Below are positions 30,393-41,329 of a stretch of DNA of 57,416 nt, one piece after another. Position 1 is the first letter of the stretch. Each line of letters opens with the position of its first letter. A program made the translations under genes and the position numbers. The stretch is from an uncultured Anaerolineaceae bacterium (GTDB lineage: Bacteria; Chloroflexota; Anaerolineae; Anaerolineales; E44-bin32): the NCBI GenBank assembly GCA_964353875.1, contig CAYGXU010000007.1:1-57416 (forward strand), in the 5' to 3' direction. The notes beneath the pieces were generated by a model. That model saw nothing but the letters and a program-made list of their open reading frames with translations. It did no database searches and was not told where the DNA came from.

Positions 30393-31190
30393 TTATTGAC
30401 CGATCAGTGTGGCATCCATGCGCGCCTTACGTAGCATCACTCGAAACAGCTTTCTCGAAATCAACAAGTAGATGACCCCGAAGAGGATCATCAACATCCA
30501 GCAGAGTGCGATCTCGGGAAAGGGCGCATTTCCGCTGGAGGCGCCATGCAAAGCACGTGCAGTCCAATAGGGTGAAAGGAGATAACTGAGGGGCGTCGTC
30601 CAACCTGGGAGCAATGCGATTGGGAATAGGAAACCGCAGAGAATATAAATAGGATATTCCATCGAATTTTGCCAGCGCTGTACGCTTGGGTTCATCACGA
30701 ATACCGGTGCGATCGCCAGACCGAAGCATACGAATGAAATCACTCCCAAAACTATGGAGACAGCAAAGTAGAAGGGGTGAGTGATTTTTAGCGGCAGGCT
30801 GAAAATCAGGGCAGCAAGTAAATAGCTGGCGAACATCGAGAGGAGAGACTGCAGTACACTGGCAAGGTTCTTCCCGAAGATGATCACCTGGATCGGAGTC
30901 GGTTGGGCAACAAGAAATTCTAAAGTGCCTGTCCAACGTTCTTCCGTGATGCTGTTACCGCTCATGAACACTAAGTTGGTCCACAGACCAGTCATCCCAC
31001 TTCCGACAACGACGAAGATGCCGTAATCCCCACCGCGCTCCTTCAGCATCCATATGCCAAGGATGGCGATGATCAGCGGTTGCACCAGGATCCCGAAAAG
31101 TACGAAGGAATCGGTGAAGCTTTGCTTAATCGTCAATTCGAAAGCCGCAAACACGACTCGTGTAGTTTCCTTGGTTCGTTGCCAAATCAT
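30393..31190 (-). CDS. ABC-2 type exporter permease
   Basis: 265 aa, multi-TM. It overlaps the ATPase gene by 4 nt. Confidence 0.85.
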   Translation of the reverse strand: MIWQRTKETTRVVFAAFELTIKQSFTDSFVLFGILVQPLIIAILGIWMLKERGGDYGIFVVVGSGMTGLWTNLVFMSGNSITEERWTGTLEFLVAQPTPIQVIIFGKNLASVLQSLLSMFASYLLAALIFSLPLKITHPFYFAVSIVLGVISFVCFGLAIAPVFVMNPSVQRWQNSMEYPIYILCGFLFPIALLPGWTTPLSYLLSPYWTARALHGASSGNAPFPEIALCWMLMILFGVIYLLISRKLFRVMLRKARMDATLIGQ

Positions 31191-32158
31191 ATTTCAGCTC
31201 CAACCAGGCGGATATAGGCATCTTCCAGGGTGGGTTCATGCACCGAGACGCGTCCCACACGGATCCCTTCCAAAGCCGAGAGCAGGTCGGGGACGATCTC
31301 CGACCCGCGCGCAGAATGGACACGCAAAACCTGTTTCTGATCGCGGTTCTCCACCGAAACGAGATCGACGAATGGGAAGGCCCGCAGACGCTCTAAGGTA
31401 TCCGGGGGCACACCGTAAACCTCCAGCTCAATCACCGAAAGATCTTGAACATGGCCTTTTAATGCTTCGGGAGTGTCAAGAGCGATGATTTTGCCATGGT
31501 TGATCACGGCGATGCGCTCACAGAGCGAATCCGCCTCAAACATGTAATGTGTGGTGAGCAGGATAGTTTTCTTTTCGGCTTGCAGGTTGCGGATCACCTG
31601 CCGCGTCTCGCGTGCGCCTACTGGGTCAAGGCCGATCGTGGGTTCGTCAAGGAAAAGCACCTCGGGATCATGAATGAGAGTCCTGGCGATATGCAGCCGT
31701 TGTTTCATACCGCGCGAATAGCCCTCCACCTTCTCTTTACCACGGTCGGATAGGCCTACCAATTCCAACAGGTAGGGGATCCGCTTTTTCGTAATTTCGG
31801 GTTCAACATGATATAAGGTGGCGAAATATCGCAAGTTGTCTACACCGGAGAGTCGCCAATAGAGTCCTCTTTCGCCGCCGAAGATGAAACCGATCCGCGC
31901 TCGGATTTCATCCGCATCTTTGACGATGTCTTTGTCGAAGATGCGAGCTGTGCCAGAAGTCGGGATGAGGAGCGTTGTAAGCATCTTTACGGTAGTGGTT
32001 TTCCCAGCGCCATTAGGGCCCAGCAGTCCGAAGAGTTCACCGGAGTTCACCTCAAATGAGATATCCTCCACCGCGACCACTTCCTTGATCTTGCGTCGGA
32101 TGACCCCGATGCTGGCTTTATACACTCTTCGAAGGCGTTCCACTTCAATAGCGGACAT
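31187..32158 (-). CDS. ABC transporter ATP-binding protein (DrrA-like)
   Basis: Walker A GPNGAGKTT, signature YSRGMKQRL and Walker B LFLDEPT. Confidence 0.93.
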   Translation of the reverse strand: MSAIEVERLRRVYKASIGVIRRKIKEVVAVEDISFEVNSGELFGLLGPNGAGKTTTVKMLTTLLIPTSGTARIFDKDIVKDADEIRARIGFIFGGERGLYWRLSGVDNLRYFATLYHVEPEITKKRIPYLLELVGLSDRGKEKVEGYSRGMKQRLHIARTLIHDPEVLFLDEPTIGLDPVGARETRQVIRNLQAEKKTILLTTHYMFEADSLCERIAVINHGKIIALDTPEALKGHVQDLSVIELEVYGVPPDTLERLRAFPFVDLVSVENRDQKQVLRVHSARGSEIVPDLLSALEGIRVGRVSVHEPTLEDAYIRLVGAEI

Positions 32159-32714
32159 GCGACCTCTTTCCCTTCAAGCTGTACATCGTTAACCGGAATT
32201 TGCACTCTAGTTTACCATCGCTTGATAAAATGGGTTCACAAGAACCGCCCAGCGTTCTATGGCCACTAAGAGCCAATACACACGGTGATTCAAGATGCGC
32301 TGCAGGATGAATCTCTCAAATTCCGACCGTTTTCTAAGTAATTCGATGGACTGAATGCGAACGAATCGGATGCAAGCCACCTTTGATTACCTGATCGATC
32401 TTATTAAAAGTTGATCTTGATCCGATATTAATCCCGAGGCCGAAATCCACCATCTCATGGGCTAAGCCCTTAGAAGAGCAGGTCCAGAATGCCCATTCAA
32501 GTATACAAGGAGGGCGTTATAAACGAACGGGAGGGAAAAAGACGATGTGACCTGAGCATCTTTCCAGAGCCAGGCTGGAAATTACCTTCTCTTCTGGCAA
32601 GTTCCTTTCTCTCCTCGGTTGAGGTCGTCAACGCAAACCCCGGATTTTTGCCCGATATTCTAAGAAGAGCAAATATTAGGAAGGATAATCTAATAATAAT
32701 CCCTGTCCCTTCCA

Positions 32715-33959
32715 TCATTCATTCCCACCTGGTTTCCCTAAGAGAGTATTCATGACACGGCGCAGAGAAAGGCTGGTCGATGAGAGCAAGGCATCCGCTT
32801 GAAACGCGCGCGCTGAGAGAAGGACGATGAAGTAGGTAGTGATAACCAGGCCGAGGAGGCTAAGCACAGGTTGCCATGCTGGCAGATCTAGTACGGTCAT
32901 CCTAGTGACCATCGCGACCGGCGAGGTAAGGGGGAAGAGGCTGAAAAAAGTGGCCAAGGAACCATTAGGGGCTTCTGCGAAGATCGAGTTCAATATTATG
33001 GGGAAGAAGAGAGGAAAGGTGGCGATAAACGAGAATTGAGCACCTTCCCGGGCGGTAGGTGCGAGAGCGCCAATGGCTCCTAATAATGAAGCATATAAAA
33101 GATAGCCTAAGAGGAAAAAGGCCACAGTCCAAAGGATCATCTCCGAGTCGAGGGAGAGGAAGGCGTTAGAAAGGCCTCCGCTAAGCTGACTCAACGCAAA
33201 ATATCCACCAGTAAACCAGATGATCATCTGAAGGACTCCCACGGCTCCTAAACCTATTAGTTTGCCGAACATTAACTCGCGTGGTCGCAGACTGAGCAGG
33301 AGCACTTCCATTGTGCGATTCTCCTTCTCCTTGGTGACACTTGTCAGCATGAGGTTGCCGGTTAATGTAATCAACATGAAGAAGATAAAAACGGTGACGA
33401 ATGGAAGCATAAAAGGAGGTGCCCCTACTTCGCTCGCCTCTGAGTTTGGTTGTGCAGGAGCCAAGCGTTGTGCTGACAACTGTGATGTTGGTGATTGCAA
33501 GATTTTTATCAGCCGCAGGTCTCCCAGCAGGTTGAAATTGATGACATATTCGATCAAGCTATTGGTTTGGATGTTTTGAAGCGGGGAAAATTCATTGACA
33601 ACCAAGATGATTTCGGTGGAGGTCAGAAAATCCTGCGGGATGAGATAATACTGGTCGATTTTTCCCGCTAGAAGCGCTTCTTGAGCAGCCTTCTCTTCGG
33701 GAAAGGCTTCGAAATTTCTCTTGGAAACGCCTGTAGGAAGCTCAATGATAATTCCGGCACGATCGATGTATCCACTATGAATCGTGCGAGCAAGGCTGGA
33801 AATGTCGGGTGTTGCGCTAAATGATCGTTCTGAAAGAGCGGACGATCCGACGGATAGTCCAAGCACCAGAGCCGGGAATAGAAAAGTCATCACCCAATAT
33901 GAACGCTTCTTAAGAGTGGTAAGGATTTCATGTTGAATGACTAGAAAAACATTACGCAT
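32715..33959 (-). CDS. ABC-2 family permease (NatB-like, large external loop)
   Basis: 414 aa with one N-terminal TM, a ~150-aa loop and a C-terminal TM bundle containing the EKENRTMEVLL motif. Confidence 0.8.
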   Translation of the reverse strand: MRNVFLVIQHEILTTLKKRSYWVMTFLFPALVLGLSVGSSALSERSFSATPDISSLARTIHSGYIDRAGIIIELPTGVSKRNFEAFPEEKAAQEALLAGKIDQYYLIPQDFLTSTEIILVVNEFSPLQNIQTNSLIEYVINFNLLGDLRLIKILQSPTSQLSAQRLAPAQPNSEASEVGAPPFMLPFVTVFIFFMLITLTGNLMLTSVTKEKENRTMEVLLLSLRPRELMFGKLIGLGAVGVLQMIIWFTGGYFALSQLSGGLSNAFLSLDSEMILWTVAFFLLGYLLYASLLGAIGALAPTAREGAQFSFIATFPLFFPIILNSIFAEAPNGSLATFFSLFPLTSPVAMVTRMTVLDLPAWQPVLSLLGLVITTYFIVLLSARAFQADALLSSTSLSLRRVMNTLLGKPGGNE

Positions 33960-33961
33960 GC

Positions 33962-35197
33962 TTACTCCCTTCGGTCATTTTCTATCGAGACAGCTCCTCG
34001 CCTTGATCGTAAAAGTTGGGTTAAAGAATGAAGTCCAAGCCTCTGACCGTAGCTCAGCATACCCAGCCGAAAGATTTTGGCGGATATCCACATGACGAGG
34101 CATGCGGTTGAAACCAGCATGATCCAACTGACCACCAACTGCCAAAAGGGCATCACGGTCAGGCCCCAGCGCATAACAATCGTCAAGAAGGAGGTGAGTG
34201 GGATCATGGAGAACGCCACCAAAAGAGGATTATTGGGATCCGAGAAGATCATCGGGCTGAGAAACCAGGGAAGCATGAAGGGCAGATTGATGATGCCAGC
34301 GATTTGTTGTCCCTGACTGAATTCGGTCACCATGCCCCCGATAGCGGTCATGATAGCGGAGATGAGTGCAAACGTGGGGAGGTAGAAAAGCAGAACGATC
34401 GAGATATAGCTCCAATCGAATTGGAGCAAGCGAAGCTCCTCGATAAAATTCGATGCCACATAAACTCCCACGACAAGCGTGAGTGACCATAGGATCAATT
34501 GACTGAGGGAGAGTGCGAACAAACCAACAGCTTTACCTGTGAGCAGTATTTCAGGTTTGATAGAGGTCGCCATGATCTCGATGGTGCGATTCTCTTTCTC
34601 GTCCGCTACTGCCTGAAGCATGAAACCTGATGAGGTCATCACCGAAACGAAGAGCAGCAACCCGGATAGAAAGGGCAAGAAAATATTAATGAAACCAGCG
34701 CCTGCGCTGACTTCCTTTTGATTATCTGCAGATCGGATGGTAAGTATAGGACCTTCTTCTATCAAATTCTTTACATCTTTCGGGTAACCGGAGAGGAGTT
34801 GGTTGCGGACAAAAACGTCGAACTGTGATAATGCCTCCTCTGGGTATTCATCCCAGTAGTATAGGCTCAGCGCTTGTGAAGTCAGATAATCCTCCTGGAT
34901 GACGACATATGCCTGGATCTTGCCTGCTTTCAGGTCAAAAAGGGCTCCTTCTTCCTGTGAATATGGGAGGATTTCGATCGCATCCTTGTCCTGAATGGCA
35001 GTCTGATTTTGTGCGACAATCCCGGCAAGATCGACATACCCTATCGGGCGACGATCGATCCCTGCTCGAATGGCGAAAATGCTTAGAGCAATGATCAACG
35101 CCAATCCCGCCGGGATGCCAAGTGTGGAAATTAGAAATGAGCGTTTACGGATACGGATCAGATATTCATGCTTGGCAATTAACCAGAATTCACGCAT
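33962..35197 (-). CDS. ABC-2 family permease (NatB-like)
   Basis: 411 aa with the same architecture and the EKENRTIEIM motif. Confidence 0.8.
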   Translation of the reverse strand: MREFWLIAKHEYLIRIRKRSFLISTLGIPAGLALIIALSIFAIRAGIDRRPIGYVDLAGIVAQNQTAIQDKDAIEILPYSQEEGALFDLKAGKIQAYVVIQEDYLTSQALSLYYWDEYPEEALSQFDVFVRNQLLSGYPKDVKNLIEEGPILTIRSADNQKEVSAGAGFINIFLPFLSGLLLFVSVMTSSGFMLQAVADEKENRTIEIMATSIKPEILLTGKAVGLFALSLSQLILWSLTLVVGVYVASNFIEELRLLQFDWSYISIVLLFYLPTFALISAIMTAIGGMVTEFSQGQQIAGIINLPFMLPWFLSPMIFSDPNNPLLVAFSMIPLTSFLTIVMRWGLTVMPFWQLVVSWIMLVSTACLVMWISAKIFRLGMLSYGQRLGLHSLTQLLRSRRGAVSIENDRRE

Positions 35198-36104
35198 GGC
35201 TCAATCCTTCCCTCCGCCCCTGAACCACCGTGATGAAAATGTCCTCCAGAGAAGGCTCCGCGATCTCGAAGCGTTCGATATTAATGTTCGGCTCAGCTGC
35301 CAGAGCCCGAAAAACCGATTGAGGATCGATGCCACGTTCAAGCGTTAAGTGCCATTCGCTGTTCTGCCTGCGAGTTTCAAGCACACCCGGAAGATCGCTT
35401 ATTTCTCCTTGGGATTCAATCAGGATCGCGTTTCCGGCAAAATTGCGTTTGATCTCATCCACCTGACCGTAGAGCACTACCTGACCTTTGTCAATGAGGA
35501 CAATCCGGTCGCACATCGCTTCCACCTGATGCATCTGATGGGTGGACATGATAATGGTCTTCCCTTTACGGCGCTCTTCGTCAAGAATATCTTTCACCAG
35601 GCGGGTGTTCACCGGATCGAGGCCGGAGAAGGGCTCATCCACGATGATGAGATCCGGATCGTGGAGCAGTGTCGCAATGATTTGAGCTTTCTGTTGCATT
35701 CCCCGGCTTAGTTCCTGGATCTTTTTGCTTTTATGCTCAATAAGATCGAATTGTCGTAACCATTGTTGAAGATTCGTACGGGCTGCAGAAGCTTCCAGAC
35801 CTTTTAGGGTCGCTAAGTAGATCAATGTGGGCTCTAACTGGAGATCTTTATACAGCCCGCGCTCCTCGGGAAGGTAGCCAATCCGTTTCTTGATGTTTTC
35901 ATTGATCGTATTGCCATAGAGATACACTTCCCCTTGGTCGGGTTTGAAGATGTCCAACATGACGCGAATCATTGTCGTCTTTCCGGCCCCATTCGGCCCG
36001 AGCAGCCCAAAGATCTCTCCTTTTTCGACTTCAAAGCTGACGTCATCCACCGCTCTGGTCTTGCCAAAAGCTTTGCTAACATGATTGATTTGAATGGTAG
36101 GCAT
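35190..36104 (-). CDS. ABC transporter ATP-binding protein (NatA-like)
   Basis: GPNGAGKTT, LSRGMQQK and IIVDEPFSGLD motifs. ATG 36104 has an AAGGAG RBS; the ORF opens at 36140. Confidence 0.92.
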   Translation of the reverse strand: MPTIQINHVSKAFGKTRAVDDVSFEVEKGEIFGLLGPNGAGKTTMIRVMLDIFKPDQGEVYLYGNTINENIKKRIGYLPEERGLYKDLQLEPTLIYLATLKGLEASAARTNLQQWLRQFDLIEHKSKKIQELSRGMQQKAQIIATLLHDPDLIIVDEPFSGLDPVNTRLVKDILDEERRKGKTIIMSTHQMHQVEAMCDRIVLIDKGQVVLYGQVDEIKRNFAGNAILIESQGEISDLPGVLETRRQNSEWHLTLERGIDPQSVFRALAAEPNINIERFEIAEPSLEDIFITVVQGRREGLSHA

Positions 36105-36452
36105 CAAAGCTCCTTTCGAATAATGGAATGAATGCATCATTTGATATTCCCCAGTTGAATGCTGTCAACTGAATTTATGGGGATCTTCCAGGAAGTGGGA
36201 ATTGAATGTTTTTGCCCTTAAACTTGAGATCAGTCGTACGATATGTTAATTATGCCATGAACTTGAGGTTCATATCTGATGATTATGTTGATATTAACCT
36301 GACAATGAGGCGCCATCGATCCGTTGTCTGCATTCCGATTTTGGCAAGAGGCGATCAATCAGGATGAGCTATACTATAGGCTGAATTCGTTTCCTTCTTG
36401 AGAGGCGAATAGGACGGAAGGAAAGTCCATTATTCTGCTGAGGAGCGAAGCC

Positions 36453-38333
36453 ATGATGATCACAACCGATGGTCCTTGGTTCAAAGACGAGCATGGACGA
36501 ATCCTGCTCTTGCGGGGCGTTAACTTGGGCGGAAGCTCTAAAGCGCCCTTCAAGCCGGATGGTGCAACCTATCGGCGTGAAGGATTTTTCGATCATCGCG
36601 ATGTTTCCTTTATCGGGAGACCCTTTCCTCTGGAGCAAGCAGACGAGCACTTTACCCGTTTGCGCGAGTGGGGTTTAACCTTTCTCCGTTTTCTCATCAC
36701 CTGGGAAGCGATTGAACATGCCGGACCGGGGATCTACGACGAGGCTTATCTGGATTATGTCGCACACATTGTCGAGAAAGCTGGGGAGTATGGTATTACG
36801 CTCTTCATCGACCCCCACCAGGATGTTTGGAGCCGTTTCTCTGGAGGGGATGGCGCGCCAGGATGGACTTTTGAAGGAATCGGGATGGATATTACCAAAT
36901 TAGACCAAACCGGTGCAGCCATCCGGCATCAAATCTATGGCGACCCTCTTCCACGCATGATCTGGCCGACGAATGGGTTCAAATTGGCCTCGGCGACGAT
37001 GTTCACGCTCTTCTTCGGAGGGAACGATTTCGCGCCGCTGACCAATATTGATGGAGAGCCCATTCAAGAATATTTACAAAGGCATTATATCGAAGCCATA
37101 AAGCAGGTGGCAAAACGACTGAAAGGCTTCTCGCATGTGCTCGGCTACGATGTGCTGAATGAGCCTTCAGCAGGATATATTGGCTGGGCTGATTTGAATG
37201 ATCTGGGGCATACCATCCGGCTCGGGTCTTCACCTACACCCTATCAATCCATGCTGCTTGGTGAAGGTTATCCGCAGGAGGTAGAGGTCTATGGCATAAA
37301 GCGCTTGGGAATTCGGCGTATTGGCTCAATTGTATTAGGCCAAGAGGGAGAAAGGGCATGGCTTCCAGGTCATGAGGATATCTGGCGCAAGCATGGCATT
37401 TGGGATGTGGATCAGGATGGTAAGCCGCGCTTGCATCGGTCAGACTATTTTTGCGTTATTAACGGGCGCTCGGTTGACTTCACTCAGGATTATTACCGAC
37501 CTTTTGCAAATTGCTTCGCCAGAGAGCTCCGCTCTGTCCACCCGAAAGCTTTAATTTTTATTGAGTCAGCGCCCGGTCACTTAGCTCAGCGCTGGAGTGC
37601 ATCGGATGCTGATCGCGTGGTATGGGCGCCGCATTGGTACGATGGTTTCGTCTTGACGCTGAAAAAGCATCTGCCATTCCTCGCTGCAACTTTTCCTGAT
37701 GGGCGTTTGATCTTGGGGTCAAAGAAGATCCGAAAGAATTTCGCCCGGGAGATCGCCTGGCTGAAGAGCGGGGCATCCGACTTTATAAATAACGTTCCGA
37801 CAATCATTGGAGAATTTGGCATCCCGTTTGATCTGGATAATAAAAAAGCATATCAGAGTGGTGATTATCGTGATCAGGTAAGCGCCATGGATCGAAGCTT
37901 TAAGGCGATTGAGGAGAATCTAGTGAGTTGCACGCTCTGGAATTACACTGCCGATAATACCAATGCGCGCGGCGACCAGTGGAACGATGAGGACCTCTCC
38001 ATTTTTAGCCGTGATCAGCAAACGGATCCGAGCGATATCCATTCAGGGGGGCGTGCTTTAGAGGCGGTGGTCCGACCTTACGCTGCGCGTATCGCCGGCG
38101 AACCGCTCCACATGTCTTTCGATGTGCGAAGGAAAAGATTCGAGTTCCGTTTTCGCCATGATCCTGATGTGACTGAGCCAACGGAGATCTTTGTACCGAG
38201 TTATCACTACCCGCAGGGTTATGAGGTAGAGCTATCGGATGGCAGCTTCTCATCCGAAGCGACAAGACAAATCCTGGAGTACCGGCCCGGTCATGCGATT
38301 GAGGTCCATACGATTATTATTCAATCCAAGTAA
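36453..38333 (+). CDS. Glycoside hydrolase family 5 protein (endoglycoceramidase/glucosylceramidase-like)
   Basis: 626 aa with RGVNLGG, FLITWEAIEH and the YDVLNEP acid/base block, plus a C-terminal beta-domain extension. Confidence 0.8.
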   Translation: MMITTDGPWFKDEHGRILLLRGVNLGGSSKAPFKPDGATYRREGFFDHRDVSFIGRPFPLEQADEHFTRLREWGLTFLRFLITWEAIEHAGPGIYDEAYLDYVAHIVEKAGEYGITLFIDPHQDVWSRFSGGDGAPGWTFEGIGMDITKLDQTGAAIRHQIYGDPLPRMIWPTNGFKLASATMFTLFFGGNDFAPLTNIDGEPIQEYLQRHYIEAIKQVAKRLKGFSHVLGYDVLNEPSAGYIGWADLNDLGHTIRLGSSPTPYQSMLLGEGYPQEVEVYGIKRLGIRRIGSIVLGQEGERAWLPGHEDIWRKHGIWDVDQDGKPRLHRSDYFCVINGRSVDFTQDYYRPFANCFARELRSVHPKALIFIESAPGHLAQRWSASDADRVVWAPHWYDGFVLTLKKHLPFLAATFPDGRLILGSKKIRKNFAREIAWLKSGASDFINNVPTIIGEFGIPFDLDNKKAYQSGDYRDQVSAMDRSFKAIEENLVSCTLWNYTADNTNARGDQWNDEDLSIFSRDQQTDPSDIHSGGRALEAVVRPYAARIAGEPLHMSFDVRRKRFEFRFRHDPDVTEPTEIFVPSYHYPQGYEVELSDGSFSSEATRQILEYRPGHAIEVHTIIIQSK

Positions 38334-38666
38334 GGATATGTAGTTTTACAAAGGAGTGGCGCTTTAGTAGAAGCGGCGGGCAGCGATAAATTCAGTCGTT
38401 TTCGCAAGACTTCGTCCATCCTTTCATTATTGACATGCGTATTAGATGTCCTTCGCCACATTTGGCAATTGCGAGTATCATGACGCAATTAAGTGCAAGG
38501 GTAGATGGGTAGACAACGGCAATGATAGAGATGGGGCCTCAAACGGGTACGATATCAACTGCATAGTTGCCAGACACTGAAATGTGCCCAATTTTAAGGG
38601 ATTCGCTGTGCCCACATCCGGATTTGAAATCCGTCATAAAGTGCTGGATGTTCCATTTTGCTCGCG

Positions 38667-40163
38667 CTACAGACGATAGATCTCGCCAAATTTATCTGTA
38701 AGATAATTGATAAACGGTTCAGAGGAGAGCTCCCCTTCAACAGCGCGCTCGGCGATCTCGGGTAAGGTAAATTTCCCGCCATGCCGATGGATGCGCTCGC
38801 CAAGCCATTGGGTGATTTGATCGAAGTTCCCGGCTGCCATTTCGTCTTTGGTTTCGGGATGCTCTTCCATCAGCTTGTACCACAACTGCACGGCGAAAAT
38901 GCTGCCCAGTAGGTAGGAGGGGAAATAGCCCATTAAATCGGTCCAGTGGACATCCTGGAGCACTCCCAGCGCATCATTGGGGGGCACAACCCCGAGATAT
39001 TCCTCCATCTTGGCGTTCCAAAGCTCCGGTAAATCCGCAATCTTGACTCTGCCGTTAATCATCTCATTCTCCAATTCAAATCGGAGCATGATATGTAGAC
39101 CGTAGGTGACGGGGTCGGCCTCGACGCGGATCAAGCCAGGTTTGACCTTATTGATCGCCCGGTAGAAATCCTCCATATCCACTTTTTCCAGCGATGGGAA
39201 GGTCTTTTGCATTTGAGGATAGAAATAGACCCAGAAATCCCGACTCTGTCCGATGATCATTTCATAGAAGCGGGATTGCGATTCTCCCGTCCCCATGCTG
39301 TATTGCGCTGTCAGCATTCGATAGAGTTCCGGGCTGGACTGCTGTCGATGGATGGCATGCCCCGCTTCGTGAACGGAGGAGAAAATAGTGGATATCGGTT
39401 GATCGTCTTGAATCCGAGTGGTAATGCGGACGTCACGGAAGGAATTGCCAGAGGTGAAAGGGTGTGTGGTGAGATCGAGCCTTCCATGCTTAAAACTATA
39501 GCCAAGCTTCTCTGCCATGATGCGACTCATCTCGAGCAATTGATCTTGTGGGAAGGGGCCATGTAAGAAACTATCCTCCACTTGCTTTGTTTGGCTGATC
39601 GCTTTTACCAATTTAACCAATTGCGGTCTTAGCGCCGAGAAAATGACGTCAATCGCCTTGGCTGCCATCCCCGGCTCATTAAATGCGATCAATGTGTCAT
39701 AAGGATTCTCTCCTTGCTTATGGAGAAGTTCGGCGAACTCAAGCTGGAAGTCCAGGATCTTTTCCAGATGTGGCCGAAAGAGATTGAAATCACTTTTTTG
39801 TCGTGCCTCCTTCCAGGCCTCATAGGCCATCGTGCTGGCGGAGGTGAAAGCTTCCATTTTACTAGATGGAATCTTGACCAGTTTCTGATAATCACGCCAA
39901 TTCACGCGGATCATGCTGGCTTCATCTGAGTCATAATCCAACTCTTCGGCATAACCCCTCAATTCATCCAACAAGCGACCGAATGCTTCATCGGTCCGCA
40001 TCTCATGGGCTATTCTATTAATCGTTGCCATTTGGTCGGCACGCGTCTGAGCTGAGCCGGGGGGCATGTAGGTTTGCATGTCCCAGTTCATCAGGTGAAG
40101 GGCGCCCTCGAGATCTTCGATGTGTGCCAGACGTTGTTTTAGTTGTGCGATTTTCTCGTCCAT
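38667..40163 (-). CDS. Carboxypeptidase Taq-type (M32) metallopeptidase
   Basis: 498 aa with HEAGHAIH (HExxH), DxRxT-like DVRITTR and the GSIFAVQLW C-terminal block typical of M32. Confidence 0.9.
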   Translation of the reverse strand: MDEKIAQLKQRLAHIEDLEGALHLMNWDMQTYMPPGSAQTRADQMATINRIAHEMRTDEAFGRLLDELRGYAEELDYDSDEASMIRVNWRDYQKLVKIPSSKMEAFTSASTMAYEAWKEARQKSDFNLFRPHLEKILDFQLEFAELLHKQGENPYDTLIAFNEPGMAAKAIDVIFSALRPQLVKLVKAISQTKQVEDSFLHGPFPQDQLLEMSRIMAEKLGYSFKHGRLDLTTHPFTSGNSFRDVRITTRIQDDQPISTIFSSVHEAGHAIHRQQSSPELYRMLTAQYSMGTGESQSRFYEMIIGQSRDFWVYFYPQMQKTFPSLEKVDMEDFYRAINKVKPGLIRVEADPVTYGLHIMLRFELENEMINGRVKIADLPELWNAKMEEYLGVVPPNDALGVLQDVHWTDLMGYFPSYLLGSIFAVQLWYKLMEEHPETKDEMAAGNFDQITQWLGERIHRHGGKFTLPEIAERAVEGELSSEPFINYLTDKFGEIYRL

Positions 40164-40550
40164 TTGTACCTCTCATTGTTTCAGTTTCAGGGAAGGGATA
40201 ACAGAGTCCGTTCCTTTGGATTCGTCTATCAGGGCATATGTAACTATACTTTCGAATAATACTCAAGAGGAAATAGCGTGATGATAAATCAGGGAATTCT
40301 TTTCCAGGCTTCCATCTCTCAAAACCGGCTCTGATGTGTGCCTAATCCTAGTAGATCGGTCAAGGTTTCCGGGGATGATTTGAAATGGAAGCTTGGCACA
40401 TCCAGCAAGCATGACAGAAAGCCAAATATTTTCTTAATGACTTCTTCACATTTTCAGAAAATCTTTTTGTTATCCTTTGGGTATGTTCAAAAGGATCTTT
40501 GGCTTAAAATCGGTTCAATTTATCAAGAGCTTATAGAAAGGAGATTTTAG

Positions 40551-41297
40551 ATGGAAAATCCAAAGAAATGGTCACTGTCCCCACTCATTCGGATATTCGT
40601 CGTAATCCTGGTATTGGGCGCAGTTGGCCTGAGTGTGATGGCCTTTGCATCGGATGCTGCTATCGATAAAGCGCTCGTCATCCAAGATGAAGAGGATGAG
40701 CCGGACACGCCGCCAGCACCCTTCTTCGGGAGGGGAGGTTTTCGTGGTTTTGGCCATCACGGCTGGTTCGGTCCTGGAGAGGACCTCGATTACGATGCCT
40801 TCCTGGCGGATGCGTTGGGCATCAGCATCCAAACGCTTCAGGAGGCATATGCCGAGGCGAATGCCGCCATGCTTGAGCAAGCCGTAGCTAAAGGCTACAT
40901 CACGGAAGAACAGGCAGAACTGATGAAAGCTCGCCAGGCGCTCATGCAGTATATCGACCGGGATGAGCTCACGGCGAAGGCCTTAGGCATTAGCGTTGAG
41001 GATCTGCAAGAAGCCCGTGAAGCAGATCAATCCCTCTCTGACCTGTTTGATGAACTGGGGCTAAAAGCCTCGGATGTGCGTGAAGCTTTGCAGGATGCCT
41101 ATGAAGAAGCGATTAAGAATGCCGTAAGCGCAGGTGTCATCACGCAGGATCAGGCGGACCAGATAGTGAGCGGCGATTTTGTCGGTCCGATGCTCGGCGG
41201 TCGACGTGGATTTGGCGGTCGCGGAGGGTTTCCTAGAGGCGAGTGCCCCTGTCCATGCGAACCCGATAGCGATACAACGACGGGGACCAGCTTCTAA
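40551..41297 (+). CDS. Membrane-anchored/secreted repeat protein, unknown function
   Basis: 248 aa with an N-terminal TM helix. It has repeated G(Y/V)IT(E/Q)(E/D)QA(E/D) helices, Gly/Arg/Phe-rich stretches and a C-terminal CPCPC. Confidence 0.6.
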   Translation: MENPKKWSLSPLIRIFVVILVLGAVGLSVMAFASDAAIDKALVIQDEEDEPDTPPAPFFGRGGFRGFGHHGWFGPGEDLDYDAFLADALGISIQTLQEAYAEANAAMLEQAVAKGYITEEQAELMKARQALMQYIDRDELTAKALGISVEDLQEAREADQSLSDLFDELGLKASDVREALQDAYEEAIKNAVSAGVITQDQADQIVSGDFVGPMLGGRRGFGGRGGFPRGECPCPCEPDSDTTTGTSF

Positions 41298-41329
41298 GCT
41301 CATAAGTAGAGGATCGTATGAATGGTGAA

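Noticed and set aside
32159-32714. Small ORFs (88 aa on +, 73 aa on -) or a regulator or riboswitch in the spacer between the two ABC-2 operons.
   Set aside because: The two ORFs overlap each other antisense and have no motifs or RBS. I saw no conserved RNA motif or palindrome worth calling.
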